From Acetobacteraceae bacterium (GTDB lineage Bacteria > Pseudomonadota > Alphaproteobacteria > Acetobacterales > Acetobacteraceae): DNA of 29,920 nt. Position numbers and translations under genes: made by a program. Shown here one piece after another: positions 16,706 to 25,540 of the stretch. Below the pieces are notes generated by a model. The model did not search any database, was not told the origin of the DNA, and saw nothing but the letters and a program-made list of their open reading frames with translations. The DNA lies in the NCBI GenBank assembly GCA_947475475.1, contig CANJOG010000001.1:1-29920 (forward strand), in the 5' to 3' direction. The number at the start of each line of letters is the position of its first letter. Position 1 is the first letter of the stretch.

Positions 16706-17545
16706 TTAGACTTTTGCCGTGATGGCCTGGGCGCCGAAGCCGGTCCATGCAAGCGCGGCGCCCGCTTGCGTGGCAGCGTCTTTTGGCGGCAAGGACGTAT
16801 CCCATTGCGCCGCGATGAAGCGCCGGCCAGTGATGTCGCCCGCCTGATCCGACGTCAGGAACAGCAGAGGCGCATCAAAGACTTCTGGCCTCAGCATTTG
16901 CGCACGCGGGAAGGGCAGAGTCGCGGTCATGTCGGTATCGACCGGCCCGCCTGGCAGCAGCGCATTCACCGTCACGCCGGTGCCGGCAAGTGCCGCAGCC
17001 ATGGCGGCGGCATTGGCTTCCATGGCCGCCTTGCTGCTGCCATAGCCGAAATAGGTGAGCATGGTGTTCAGGCTCGTCGAGACATCGATGATGCGGCCCC
17101 ATCCACGCGCGGCCATTTTGGGCGCGAAATTACTCGCCAGAATCTGCGGCGCGATGGTGTTGACGGCGAACACGCGGCGCAGCGCGCCATCGGAAATATC
17201 CCAGAAACGGAGGGGATTGTTTTCGTCCGGCTTGGGCAGGACATCGGTCGCCAGCGCGGCGTTGTTCACCAGTATGTCGATGCGCCCGAACGCCGTCTCC
17301 GCATCGCGTACCAGTGAAGCGAGTTGCGCCGGATCGGCGAGGTCGGCTGGAACAACCGCAACGCGGGCGCCCGCACCGGACTCAGCAGCAAGCTGGTCGA
17401 GCAACACCTTGTTGCTGGCGGTCACGACCACTTTTGCGCCGGCACGGAGCAGCGCTATCGCCATCGCTCGCCCGATTCCGCGCGAAGCGCCGGTCACAAG
17501 TGCTGTGCGGTCGGAGAGATCGCATCGGGAAAGATCCTGGCTCAT
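16706..17545 (-). CDS. Short-chain dehydrogenase/reductase (SDR)
   Basis: TGASRGIG, ILVNNA, catalytic YGSSK, VTVNALLPGG. ATGA overlap with the upstream SDR. Confidence 0.92.
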   Translation of the reverse strand: MSQDLSRCDLSDRTALVTGASRGIGRAMAIALLRAGAKVVVTASNKVLLDQLAAESGAGARVAVVPADLADPAQLASLVRDAETAFGRIDILVNNAALATDVLPKPDENNPLRFWDISDGALRRVFAVNTIAPQILASNFAPKMAARGWGRIIDVSTSLNTMLTYFGYGSSKAAMEANAAAMAAALAGTGVTVNALLPGGPVDTDMTATLPFPRAQMLRPEVFDAPLLFLTSDQAGDITGRRFIAAQWDTSLPPKDAATQAGAALAWTGFGAQAITAKV

Positions 17546-18396
17546 CCTGCATCTGCTTCCAGGCCACTGGCCTCGCGTTCGTCCATCTCGCGGTTGATGC
17601 GGTGGAGATAAGTGAGCAATCCCACCGGCAGGCGGCTGCCGCCATTCACCTGCACCACTTGGCCAGTCACCCAGGCGGATTCATCGGCGGCAAAATAGAC
17701 GGCCAATCCTGCGATGTCGTCGACATGACCGAGTCTGCGCAGCGGCACGGTTTCGGCTTGTCGCTTCTGCCGGCTCGGCGAGTTGGCCGACGAACTGCGC
17801 TCGGTCAGCACCAGGCCGGGTGCAATGGCGTTCACGCGAATGCCGAGATGGCCCCATTCGACCGACATGGTGGCGGTCAGGCTCTCCATCGCCGCTTTCG
17901 ATCCGCCGTAATGGCCGGTGATCGGGCAGGGCTGCGAGGCGGAGCGCGAGGTGATGTTGATGATCGAACCGCCACGCGTCATCGCCTGCGCCGCTGCCTG
18001 GGCGGCGAAGAAGGCGGCCTTGAAGTTGAGATCAACGACGTTGTCGAACTGGGTTTCGCTGAGATCGATCAGCCGTCCGACATCCGCGGGCGCGGCGCTG
18101 CCGGCATTATTCACCCAGCAATCGATATAGCCAAACCGCTCCAGCGACATCTCGGCAATATGCCCGATTTCGGCGAGGTCAGTGATATCGCCCGGCAGGA
18201 TCAAAACCTCGGCACCGATCTCACGCAATTCCGCCGCGGTCTCTTCGAGCACATCGGCGCCGCGGCCGGTCAGCACCAGATTGGCGCCACATTTCGCATA
18301 GGCATGGGCGATACCGCGCCCGATGCCACGTCCGCCGCCCGTGATGACGGCGGTCTTGCCTTCCAATGAGAACATGCGCGCAATCTGGCGCGACAT
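17542..18396 (-). CDS. Classical SDR, probably NADP(H)-preferring
   Basis: TGGGRGIG, LTGR (basic residue after beta2), VNNAG, catalytic YGGSK, IRVNAIAPG, WVTGQVVQVNGG. Confidence 0.93.
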   Translation of the reverse strand: MSRQIARMFSLEGKTAVITGGGRGIGRGIAHAYAKCGANLVLTGRGADVLEETAAELREIGAEVLILPGDITDLAEIGHIAEMSLERFGYIDCWVNNAGSAAPADVGRLIDLSETQFDNVVDLNFKAAFFAAQAAAQAMTRGGSIINITSRSASQPCPITGHYGGSKAAMESLTATMSVEWGHLGIRVNAIAPGLVLTERSSSANSPSRQKRQAETVPLRRLGHVDDIAGLAVYFAADESAWVTGQVVQVNGGSRLPVGLLTYLHRINREMDEREASGLEADAG

Positions 18397-18400
18397 ATGC

Positions 18401-19099
18401 TCAGGCCGAAACGCGCTGCGCTAGCCGGTTCTGCAAGTCGCCGGCAGGACATTCAATCGTGACCTGGCCGCGCTCCATAATGATCGCACGATGCGAGACA
18501 GTGAGGGCGGCATCGAGATGCTGCTCGACAATCACCACCGCCGTGCCGGATTCCGCCCAGACCTTCAGGAAGTTCATGATCGTCGGCATGAGCAATTGCG
18601 CGAGGCCCATGGAGGGCTCGTCGCAGAGAAGCACTTTCGGCTGGGCCACGAAGGCCTGTGCCAGCGCCAGCATCTGCTGCTGACCGCCAGAGAGGTCACG
18701 CGCATAGTCGCGGCGCTTTTCTTCCAGGATCGGGAAGACCTCGAAAATCGCCTTGACCGCCGCCTCGAAGGAGCCCCGCTCCTTGCCGCGCATCACCGCG
18801 CCGAGACGGATATTGTCGTAGACGCTCATTTCCGGAAAAATCCGGTGCCCGTCGAGCACAAGGCGTAGGCCGAGGCGGACGATATCCTCCGGCGCCTCGC
18901 CGATCAGGGACTTGCCGTCCAGCGTGATGCTGCCTGATGTCGGCGTAATGAAGCCACCGATCGTGCGCATTAGTGTGGATTTGCCCGCGCCATTCTCGCC
19001 ACCAATCAGCAGGATTTCACCCGGCTTGAGCGAGAACGACACATCGCGCAGCACCGGCATCCGCCCGTACCCCGCATGTAGATTGCGCACCTCAAGCAT
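18401..19099 (-). CDS. livF: HAAT ABC ATP-binding subunit, LivF-like
   Basis: LEVRNLHAGYG, GENGAGKS, LSGGQQQML, CDEPSMGL, VEQH. Confidence 0.93.
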   Translation of the reverse strand: MLEVRNLHAGYGRMPVLRDVSFSLKPGEILLIGGENGAGKSTLMRTIGGFITPTSGSITLDGKSLIGEAPEDIVRLGLRLVLDGHRIFPEMSVYDNIRLGAVMRGKERGSFEAAVKAIFEVFPILEEKRRDYARDLSGGQQQMLALAQAFVAQPKVLLCDEPSMGLAQLLMPTIMNFLKVWAESGTAVVIVEQHLDAALTVSHRAIIMERGQVTIECPAGDLQNRLAQRVSA

Positions 19100-20888
19100 G
19101 CTTCTTCCCTACGAACATGTGGTGCACTTCCTTCATCGTCGCCACCTCGGCCGGATCGCCGGAGGCCACCACGCGGCCGAAATCGAGCACAGTGATCTTG
19201 TCGGCGACACCCCAGACCAGATCGAGATCGTGCTCGACCAGGATGATGGTCTTGCCCATCTGGCGCGACAGAACGCGGAGCAGATGCGAGAACTCCGCCC
19301 GCTCTTCCGGCGACAGGCCGGCGGCCGGTTCGTCCAGCATAAGGATATCTGCTTCCTTCAGCACAACGCGCATCACTTCGACAATGCGGCGCTGGCCATG
19401 TGGCAGGTATTCGGCGCTGCGATCGGAGAGCGCCTCCTTCAGTGCCTGCACGCGTACCGGGAGTGCCTCTTCGGCCTTGTCGTAGCGGCCGTCGATACCG
19501 ATTTCGAGATTTCCCCAGATCGACAACGCCGGAAAGATGCGCGGCGCCTGGAAGGTGCGGCCGAGGCCGAGCCGCGCGATGCGATGCGGCGCCATGCGGG
19601 TGATGTCGCGTCCCTTGACCGAGAGCGAACCGGAATCGAGCCGCGACAATCCGCTCAGCACATTGAGCAGGCTGGTCTTGCCCGATCCGTTGGCGCCCAC
19701 AAGGCCGTGGATTTCGCCCTGGCGCACCGTCAGGTTCACACCGTCGATGGCACGCACATTGCCGAAGCTCTTGCGGCCGTCGTGCACTTCGACAAGCACT
19801 GGGCGCTCGGCGTCAGGGGCAAGCGGCTTGTCAGTGAACTCCGTCTCGGCATTGGCGATGATGCGATCGACACGCAGCGCGCCGTCATCCTCGGGGCGGA
19901 GCTGGCGCTTGCGGCGCCAGATTTCCAGACTGCCGATAATGCCGTCCGGGAAGGCCAGCATGGCGGCAAGGGCGACGGCGCCATAGGCCATCAGGCGGAA
20001 ATTCACGAACTGAACCAGCAGCACGTTCGGCACAAGGTAGAGAATATACACGCCCAGGATCGGCCCCAGTGGCTGCCCGCGCCCGCCAACGACAACGGCG
20101 AAGAAGAACAGGATGGAGAGATCGAGATTGAAGGCGGAGGGGCTGACGAAGCCGACGATTGGCGGATAGAGCGTGCCAGCCAGGCCCGTCAGTGCCGAGA
20201 CCAGGATGAAGGCGATGGAGCGCATTGCACCTGGGCTGGTGCCGAGCGACTGCGCGGCCTCCGGGCTGGCGGCTGCCACCATCATGCGTCGACCCAGTTT
20301 AGTGCGGCGCATACGCACATGCAGCACCAGCATTAGGCCCGAGAAGGCGGCGATCACCAGCGAGAGCGGCGCCAATCCGATCGGCAGGCGCTGGGTCAAT
20401 GCGGATGTCGGCATGGGAATGCCGTTAATGCCGTTGGTGTACTTATTCATCGCCACCAGCATCTCGGGGAACACCATGGCCGCTGCGAGGGTGACGAAGC
20501 CAAGATGGAAGTGCTGCACGCGCAATGCCGGCAGCGCGAACAGCACGCCGCCAAGTGTCGCAGCGAGCGTGCCGAGCACGATGCCCCACTCATAACTCAG
20601 CCCATGCATGCCGGTGGCAATGCCGGCGACATAGGCGCCGAGGCCGAAGATGGCACCCATGCCGAATGCCACCTGTCCCGCATCCACGAACAGGATGTTC
20701 TGCAGGATGGCGACGCCGATATAGAGATTCACCAGCTGGAAGGTGTGCGTGTAGTATTGATTGCCCATGAAATCCGGGATCAGCACCGTCCCAAAGATGA
20801 TGAGCAGGCCAAGCCAGAATTGTAGCTTGTCCGAAGTGAGGTTGCCGGATGGCTTGGTCATGGTGATTGCCTGTGCCTGCGCCATCAC
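19092..20888 (-). CDS. Fused LivM-like permease and LivG-like ATPase
   Basis: The N-terminal half is hydrophobic with GQVAFG, YLGFVT-like HLGFVT, TNGINGI, GFVSPSAF, VVGGRG. The C-terminal half has GANGSGKT, TFQ, LPHGQ, LDEPAAGL, LVEHD. GTG start overlaps the livH stop (GTGA); ATG 20885 is an alternative. Confidence 0.92.
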   Translation of the reverse strand: MMAQAQAITMTKPSGNLTSDKLQFWLGLLIIFGTVLIPDFMGNQYYTHTFQLVNLYIGVAILQNILFVDAGQVAFGMGAIFGLGAYVAGIATGMHGLSYEWGIVLGTLAATLGGVLFALPALRVQHFHLGFVTLAAAMVFPEMLVAMNKYTNGINGIPMPTSALTQRLPIGLAPLSLVIAAFSGLMLVLHVRMRRTKLGRRMMVAAASPEAAQSLGTSPGAMRSIAFILVSALTGLAGTLYPPIVGFVSPSAFNLDLSILFFFAVVVGGRGQPLGPILGVYILYLVPNVLLVQFVNFRLMAYGAVALAAMLAFPDGIIGSLEIWRRKRQLRPEDDGALRVDRIIANAETEFTDKPLAPDAERPVLVEVHDGRKSFGNVRAIDGVNLTVRQGEIHGLVGANGSGKTSLLNVLSGLSRLDSGSLSVKGRDITRMAPHRIARLGLGRTFQAPRIFPALSIWGNLEIGIDGRYDKAEEALPVRVQALKEALSDRSAEYLPHGQRRIVEVMRVVLKEADILMLDEPAAGLSPEERAEFSHLLRVLSRQMGKTIILVEHDLDLVWGVADKITVLDFGRVVASGDPAEVATMKEVHHMFVGKKHA

Positions 20889-21766
20889 ACCCGCCTCGCC
20901 GCGGTGCGGCCGAACAGGCCCTGCGGCCGGAACATCAGGATCAGCACGAGAATGAGCAACGACACGAAATTCTGGTATTCGCCGCCCACCTGATAGGTCG
21001 CCACCATGGCGATGATGCCGAGCAGCGGGCCGGCGATCACGGCGCCGGTATTGCTGCCCATGCCGCCCACCACGGCGGCGATAAAGCCGTTCAGCACATA
21101 GCGGAAACCGGAATCAGCCGAGATGGAGAGCACCGGGGCGGCGACAAAGCCGGTCGAGCCGACCACCAGGCCGCTGATGGTGAAAGCCAGCAATTGCAGC
21201 CGCCGCACCCGCAGCCCGGCGGCGCGTGCGGCTTCCATATCCTGGGAGATGGCGGAGATGGCGAGGCCGGTCAGCGTGCGGGCATGGAACCATTTCAGCC
21301 ACAGGAACCAGGCGATCATCAGCACGAAGCACAGGGCATAAGGTGCCGGCGTACGTGTGCCCATGACGCGGAAACTTGCAAACGCGCTTTGCACGGTCTG
21401 GGCGAACGGCCCCTGGGTGATCAGCAGGCCGGCGCCGATCATGATCGAGACCGCCATGGTCGAGATCATCCAGCTATCCTGCTCCGTCGAATTGCGCAGC
21501 GGCAGCAGCGTGATCCAGCCATGGAAGCTGAGCAGCGCTGCCACGATGATCGTGGCCACCGGCAGCATGATCCACCACATCGCCATATCGGGCGGGCTGG
21601 CCAGCAGGAAGGCGGCCGCGAAACCGCCGAGGACGAGGAAATTGCCCTGGGCGAAATTCAGGATTCCGCTGGAGCTGTGCACGACGTTGAAGCTCATCGC
21701 CAGCAGGGCGAAGATTGAGCCCAACCCGAGGCCGCGCACCAAGATGATGGCCAGTTCGTAGGACAT
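20885..21766 (-). CDS. livH: HAAT ABC permease, LivH-like
   Basis: GLGLGSIFALLAMSF...GILNFAQG, TGLAISAISQDMEAAR, FIAAVVGGMG, FRPQGLFG. Start chosen at ATG 21766. Confidence 0.93.
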   Translation of the reverse strand: MSYELAIILVRGLGLGSIFALLAMSFNVVHSSSGILNFAQGNFLVLGGFAAAFLLASPPDMAMWWIMLPVATIIVAALLSFHGWITLLPLRNSTEQDSWMISTMAVSIMIGAGLLITQGPFAQTVQSAFASFRVMGTRTPAPYALCFVLMIAWFLWLKWFHARTLTGLAISAISQDMEAARAAGLRVRRLQLLAFTISGLVVGSTGFVAAPVLSISADSGFRYVLNGFIAAVVGGMGSNTGAVIAGPLLGIIAMVATYQVGGEYQNFVSLLILVLILMFRPQGLFGRTAARRV

Positions 21767-22024
21767 GCGGCCGGATTTCCCCCCTTTGGCCTTATCAGCG
21801 CGACGACCTGGCCCACCAGGCCGTGCCGCATTCGTTTGCTCCCGCCGGTCATTGTGCCAGCGAGCTAGGGCGCCAGGCTTGTCTGCCAGCCTGCCCGCCG
21901 CATCCGTCATCCGGACTAGGTAGGCGATCTCGCCGGCGGTCCCAACAGGTCCGACCCCGGCGCGACCCTAGCGGAGCGGCGTCGGCTGCCGCAAGGGCAT
22001 GATGTGGGGCGCGGGGCGGGTGAG

Positions 22025-22053
22025 TTGACGCCATCCCCCGCCACTTCGCATAT
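22025..22053 (+). promoter_or_regulatory. Candidate sigma70 promoter for the acyl-CoA synthetase run
   Basis: TTGACG (22025-22030), a 17-nt spacer, then GCATAT (22048-22053), resembling the rhizobial CTTGAC-N17-CTATAT consensus. GGGAGG RBS precedes ATG 22084. Confidence 0.45.
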
Positions 22054-22083
22054 GGGCGGACCAATCTGCGGGAGGCTGCTCCA

Positions 22084-23829
22084 ATGGCGAATTCCTGGCC
22101 CGATACGCCAATCCCCGATGCTGCGCGCGGTTTCGTCGCGGCGCGGCAGTTTCTTCTCGATACGCGTGCCGACCAAAGCGCGGCGGTGGCGGGGTTCCGG
22201 TGGCCCGATGCGACGCCCTTCAACTGGGCGATCGACTGGTTTGACGGCGTGCTGGCCTCCACTTCGGACAGCCGCGACCGTCCGGCGCTGCGTATCCATG
22301 ATCCGGTAACCGGCTCCGATCAGAGCGTCACCTTCGCCGAGATGGCCGCTGCTTCCAACCGCGTCGCCAACTGGCTGCGCGCTTCCGGCGTGGCGCGCGG
22401 GGACCGTATCCTGTTGCTGCTCGGCAATGTCGTGCCGCTTTGGGAGACCATGCTGGCGGCGATGAAGCTCGGCGCGGTGGTGATCCCGGCGACGACTCTG
22501 CTGACCGGGGATGATCTCGCGGACCGCATCATCCGCGGCAAGGTGCGCCATGTGATGGCCGAGGCCGCGCATGTGTCGAAATTCGCCGGTCTGGCGGGGA
22601 TGGAAGGCCTTGGCCGCATCGCCATCGGCGCGCCCGGCCCGATCGAGGGCTGGCGGCGTTACGAGGATGCGCATGGTACCGGCATGTCGGAGAGCGTTGT
22701 TGTAGACGGCGTGACCAATGCCGATGATCCGCTGTTGCTCTATTTCACCTCCGGCACCACGGCCAAGCCGAAGCTTGTGCCGCATACGCATCGCTCCTAT
22801 CCGGTTGGTTCGCTCTCAACCATGTACTGGCTTGGCTTGCAGCCAGGCGACGTGCATTTGAACATCTCCTCGCCGGGCTGGGCCAAGCATGCCTGGTCGT
22901 GTTTCTTTGCGCCGTGGAATGCGGGGGCGACGATCTTCATTGCCACGCAGCCGCGTTTCGATGCGAAGCAATTGCTGGACGTGCTGGTGCGCTGCGGCGT
23001 CACCACGCTCTGCGCGCCACCGACGGTGTGGCGCATGCTGATCCAGCAGGACCTGGCGTCGTGGAAGACCAGCCTGCGTGAAGTCTGCTCGGCCGGTGAG
23101 CCGCTGAATCCCGAAGTGATCGACCAGGTGCGCGCGGCGTGGAACCTCACCATCCGCGACGGCTATGGGCAGACCGAAACGACGGCGCAGATTGGCAATC
23201 CACCGGGCCAGCATCTCAAGGAAGGCTCGATGGGCCGGCCGCTGCCGGGATATTCTGTTGTTCTGCTCGATGCCGATGACAATGAGGCGCAGGAGGGCGA
23301 GGTCTGCCTGCGGCTTGGCGTGCATCGTCCGGCAGGGCTGACAGTGGGTTATGAGACGGATGAAGGTGCGACCACACTCGCCAGCGCGGTCTATCGCACC
23401 GGCGACGTCGCGCAGCGCGATGACGACGGATATCTCACTTTCGTTGGCCGCGCCGATGATGTTTTCAAGGCGTCGGATTACCGCATCAGCCCGTTCGAAC
23501 TGGAAAGCGTGCTGATCGAACACGAAGCCGTGGCCGAGGCCGCCATCGTGCCGGCGCCGGATCCGCTGCGTCTTGCCGTACCCAAGGCCTATGTGATCCT
23601 CGCCGCTGGCGCCGAGCCCGACAAGGCCATGGCGCTCTCCATCTTTCGCCATTTGCGCGCGCGCGTCGCCCCCTATAAGCGCGTGCGGCGGCTGCAATTC
23701 GTAGTGGACTTGCCCAAGACGATCTCAGGCAAGATCAGGCGCGTCGAATTGCGCAAGGCCGAAGATGGTTTCAAGACGCGCCCCGATGGTGAGTGGCGCG
23801 AAGACGATTTTCCGGAGCTCTCCGCATGA
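22084..23829 (+). CDS. AMP-forming short/medium-chain acyl-CoA synthetase (ACSM-like)
   Basis: FNWAIDWFD, P-loop YFTSGTTAKPK, SPGWAKHAWS, SAGEPLNP, DGYGQTE, GRADDVFK, PKTISGKIRR. Confidence 0.93.
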   Translation: MANSWPDTPIPDAARGFVAARQFLLDTRADQSAAVAGFRWPDATPFNWAIDWFDGVLASTSDSRDRPALRIHDPVTGSDQSVTFAEMAAASNRVANWLRASGVARGDRILLLLGNVVPLWETMLAAMKLGAVVIPATTLLTGDDLADRIIRGKVRHVMAEAAHVSKFAGLAGMEGLGRIAIGAPGPIEGWRRYEDAHGTGMSESVVVDGVTNADDPLLLYFTSGTTAKPKLVPHTHRSYPVGSLSTMYWLGLQPGDVHLNISSPGWAKHAWSCFFAPWNAGATIFIATQPRFDAKQLLDVLVRCGVTTLCAPPTVWRMLIQQDLASWKTSLREVCSAGEPLNPEVIDQVRAAWNLTIRDGYGQTETTAQIGNPPGQHLKEGSMGRPLPGYSVVLLDADDNEAQEGEVCLRLGVHRPAGLTVGYETDEGATTLASAVYRTGDVAQRDDDGYLTFVGRADDVFKASDYRISPFELESVLIEHEAVAEAAIVPAPDPLRLAVPKAYVILAAGAEPDKAMALSIFRHLRARVAPYKRVRRLQFVVDLPKTISGKIRRVELRKAEDGFKTRPDGEWREDDFPELSA

Positions 23830-24599
23830 CTTTCATCAATGTCTCGGTCGCCGATGGCATCGCCACGCTGCACTTCAACGATCCACGACGGCATAACGCG
23901 CTGAGCCAGGAATTGCTGACCGAATTCGTCGCGGCCTTTCGTGGATTCGGCCCTGAGGTGCGCGCCATCGTCATCCGTGCCGGGGTGGACGATAAAACTT
24001 GGTGCGGCGGCTATAATATCCGCGAACTCAAGCGCGGCCTGGATCCGCTGGAGCCTGGCACGCTGTTGCCGCAGGCTTTCGCGTGCATGGCGGATAGCCC
24101 GGCGCCGGTGATCGGCATGATCCATGGCGCGGCCTATGGCGGGGGCTGCGATCTGGCGTTACGCTGCGACATTATGGTGGGCGATCCGACTGCCGCCCTC
24201 GCCTTTACTCCGGCCAAGCTCGGAGTTGCCTATGATCTCGATGGCATCGCCAATCTTTTGCTGCGCGCCGGACCGCAGATCACCATGGAGATGTTCGCCA
24301 CCGCCAATCCGATGCCGGGCGCGCGCCTGCATGCACTGGGCGTGATGAACCATCTGGTGCCCGAGGCGGAGTTGGAGAGCTTCACCTACGGCCTCGCGCG
24401 CACCATCGCCGCGAATGCGCCGCTGTCGGTCGCCTGCACCAAGATGCATACGCGCCGGCTGCTGGCGAGTTTCGCCGAGAGCCTGCGCAATGATCCGGTG
24501 TTGAACGCCATCCGTGCCCAGGCGGCGAATAGCGATGATTTCGAGGAAGGTGTGGCCGCGCTGCGCGAAAAGCGCGTGCCGGTCTTCACTGGCCGGTAA
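23826..24599 (+). CDS. Crotonase-fold protein resembling methylmalonyl-CoA decarboxylase (ScpB-like)
   Basis: ATGA overlap with the synthetase. HNALS, IRAGVDDKTWCGG, DPL, GGGCDL, TPAKLGVAYDL (compare E. coli ScpB TPVNLGVPYNL), NAPLSV, SDDFEEG..EKRVPVFTG. Confidence 0.75.
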   Translation: MTFINVSVADGIATLHFNDPRRHNALSQELLTEFVAAFRGFGPEVRAIVIRAGVDDKTWCGGYNIRELKRGLDPLEPGTLLPQAFACMADSPAPVIGMIHGAAYGGGCDLALRCDIMVGDPTAALAFTPAKLGVAYDLDGIANLLLRAGPQITMEMFATANPMPGARLHALGVMNHLVPEAELESFTYGLARTIAANAPLSVACTKMHTRRLLASFAESLRNDPVLNAIRAQAANSDDFEEGVAALREKRVPVFTGR

Positions 24600-24607
24600 T
24601 CGCGGAG

Positions 24608-25432
24608 GTGCGCTGGCTCACGGTCGCGCTTGCCGCCATATTGCTGGCCTGGGCGGGTCCGAGGCCTGTCATGGCATGTGGCGGTGCCGATCCCTGCACT
24701 GTGAGCGGCGGCAGCTACCTCGTGCACACCCCGTCGGGGTGGGATGGGAAAGCGGCCTTGCCGGTGCTGATGTTTTTCCATGGATATCGTCAGAGCGCGG
24801 CGGATTTCCTCGATGATGCCGGTATGCGCGGACTTGCCGATGAACGTGGGGTATTGCTGGTCGGGCCGCAGGGGGCGGAGCAGACCTGGTCTTTCCCAGG
24901 GGCGCCATCCCGCGCGCGTGACGATCTCGCTTTTGTGCAGACCGTGCTGGACGATCTGGTGGCGCGGTTTCCGGTGGATCGCTCCCGCATCATCGCCTCG
25001 GGCTTCTCGCAGGGCGCGGCAATGGTCTGGGGTCTGGCCTGCCATGCGGGTGCGCGATTTGTCGCCTTCCTGCCGGTGGCGGGCGATTTCTGGGAGCCAC
25101 TACCATCCTCATGCCCATCGGGTCCGGCGTCGATCTGGCATATTCATGGCACATCCGACACGACCTTTCCGATGAGCGGGCGCTCCGTTGGGCTCTATTA
25201 TCGCCAAGGCAGGCTCGAGGATGGTTGGGCGCTCTGGCAGCGCACCGACCAATGTTCTGCGACACCGGAGCGGGCCAGCGATCTGGCCGGCATGGCCTGC
25301 CACTTCTGGACCCCGGCGCAATGTGGCGGTGGGCGCGCACTCACCCTCTGCCTGCATCCGGGCGGGCATGATTTTGAGGCCGCCTGGCTTCGCCCTGCCC
25401 TGATCTGGGCGATGGGTCTGGCGCGCCACTGA
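24608..25432 (+). CDS. Secreted alpha/beta-hydrolase esterase (LpqC / PHB depolymerase / CE1-like)
   Basis: GTG start and Sec-type signal peptide. FFHG oxyanion motif, nucleophile GFSQG, HGTSD Asp, GGH His, several Cys. Confidence 0.85.
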   Translation: MRWLTVALAAILLAWAGPRPVMACGGADPCTVSGGSYLVHTPSGWDGKAALPVLMFFHGYRQSAADFLDDAGMRGLADERGVLLVGPQGAEQTWSFPGAPSRARDDLAFVQTVLDDLVARFPVDRSRIIASGFSQGAAMVWGLACHAGARFVAFLPVAGDFWEPLPSSCPSGPASIWHIHGTSDTTFPMSGRSVGLYYRQGRLEDGWALWQRTDQCSATPERASDLAGMACHFWTPAQCGGGRALTLCLHPGGHDFEAAWLRPALIWAMGLARH

Positions 25433-25540
25433 GACGGCGCGATTCTGGCGTAACCATCCGGCGTATGGGCCGAATGGAAGGGCGAGACCTTCGGCACGGG
25501 CGCCAGCCTGGCCGCAACCGCCCCAGCAGGACGCGCCCGC

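Noticed and set aside
21845-21862. TGGCAC on the minus strand as a sigma54 -24 box
   Set aside because: No TTGC/GC at the -12 position.
21767-21910. N-terminal extension of LivH to 21910, and similar extensions for 8542, 8743, 16805, 6279, 29285, 405, 2296 and 23793
   Set aside because: The extensions lack family similarity. Downstream ATGs have better RBS or coupling and match family N-termini.
22084-25432. Ferulate pathway (feruloyl esterase, Fcs, Ech/HCHL)
   Set aside because: The gene types fit, but the crotonase-fold protein lacks the catalytic Glu (TPAK at that position) and looks ScpB-like, and the ligase is ACSM-like.
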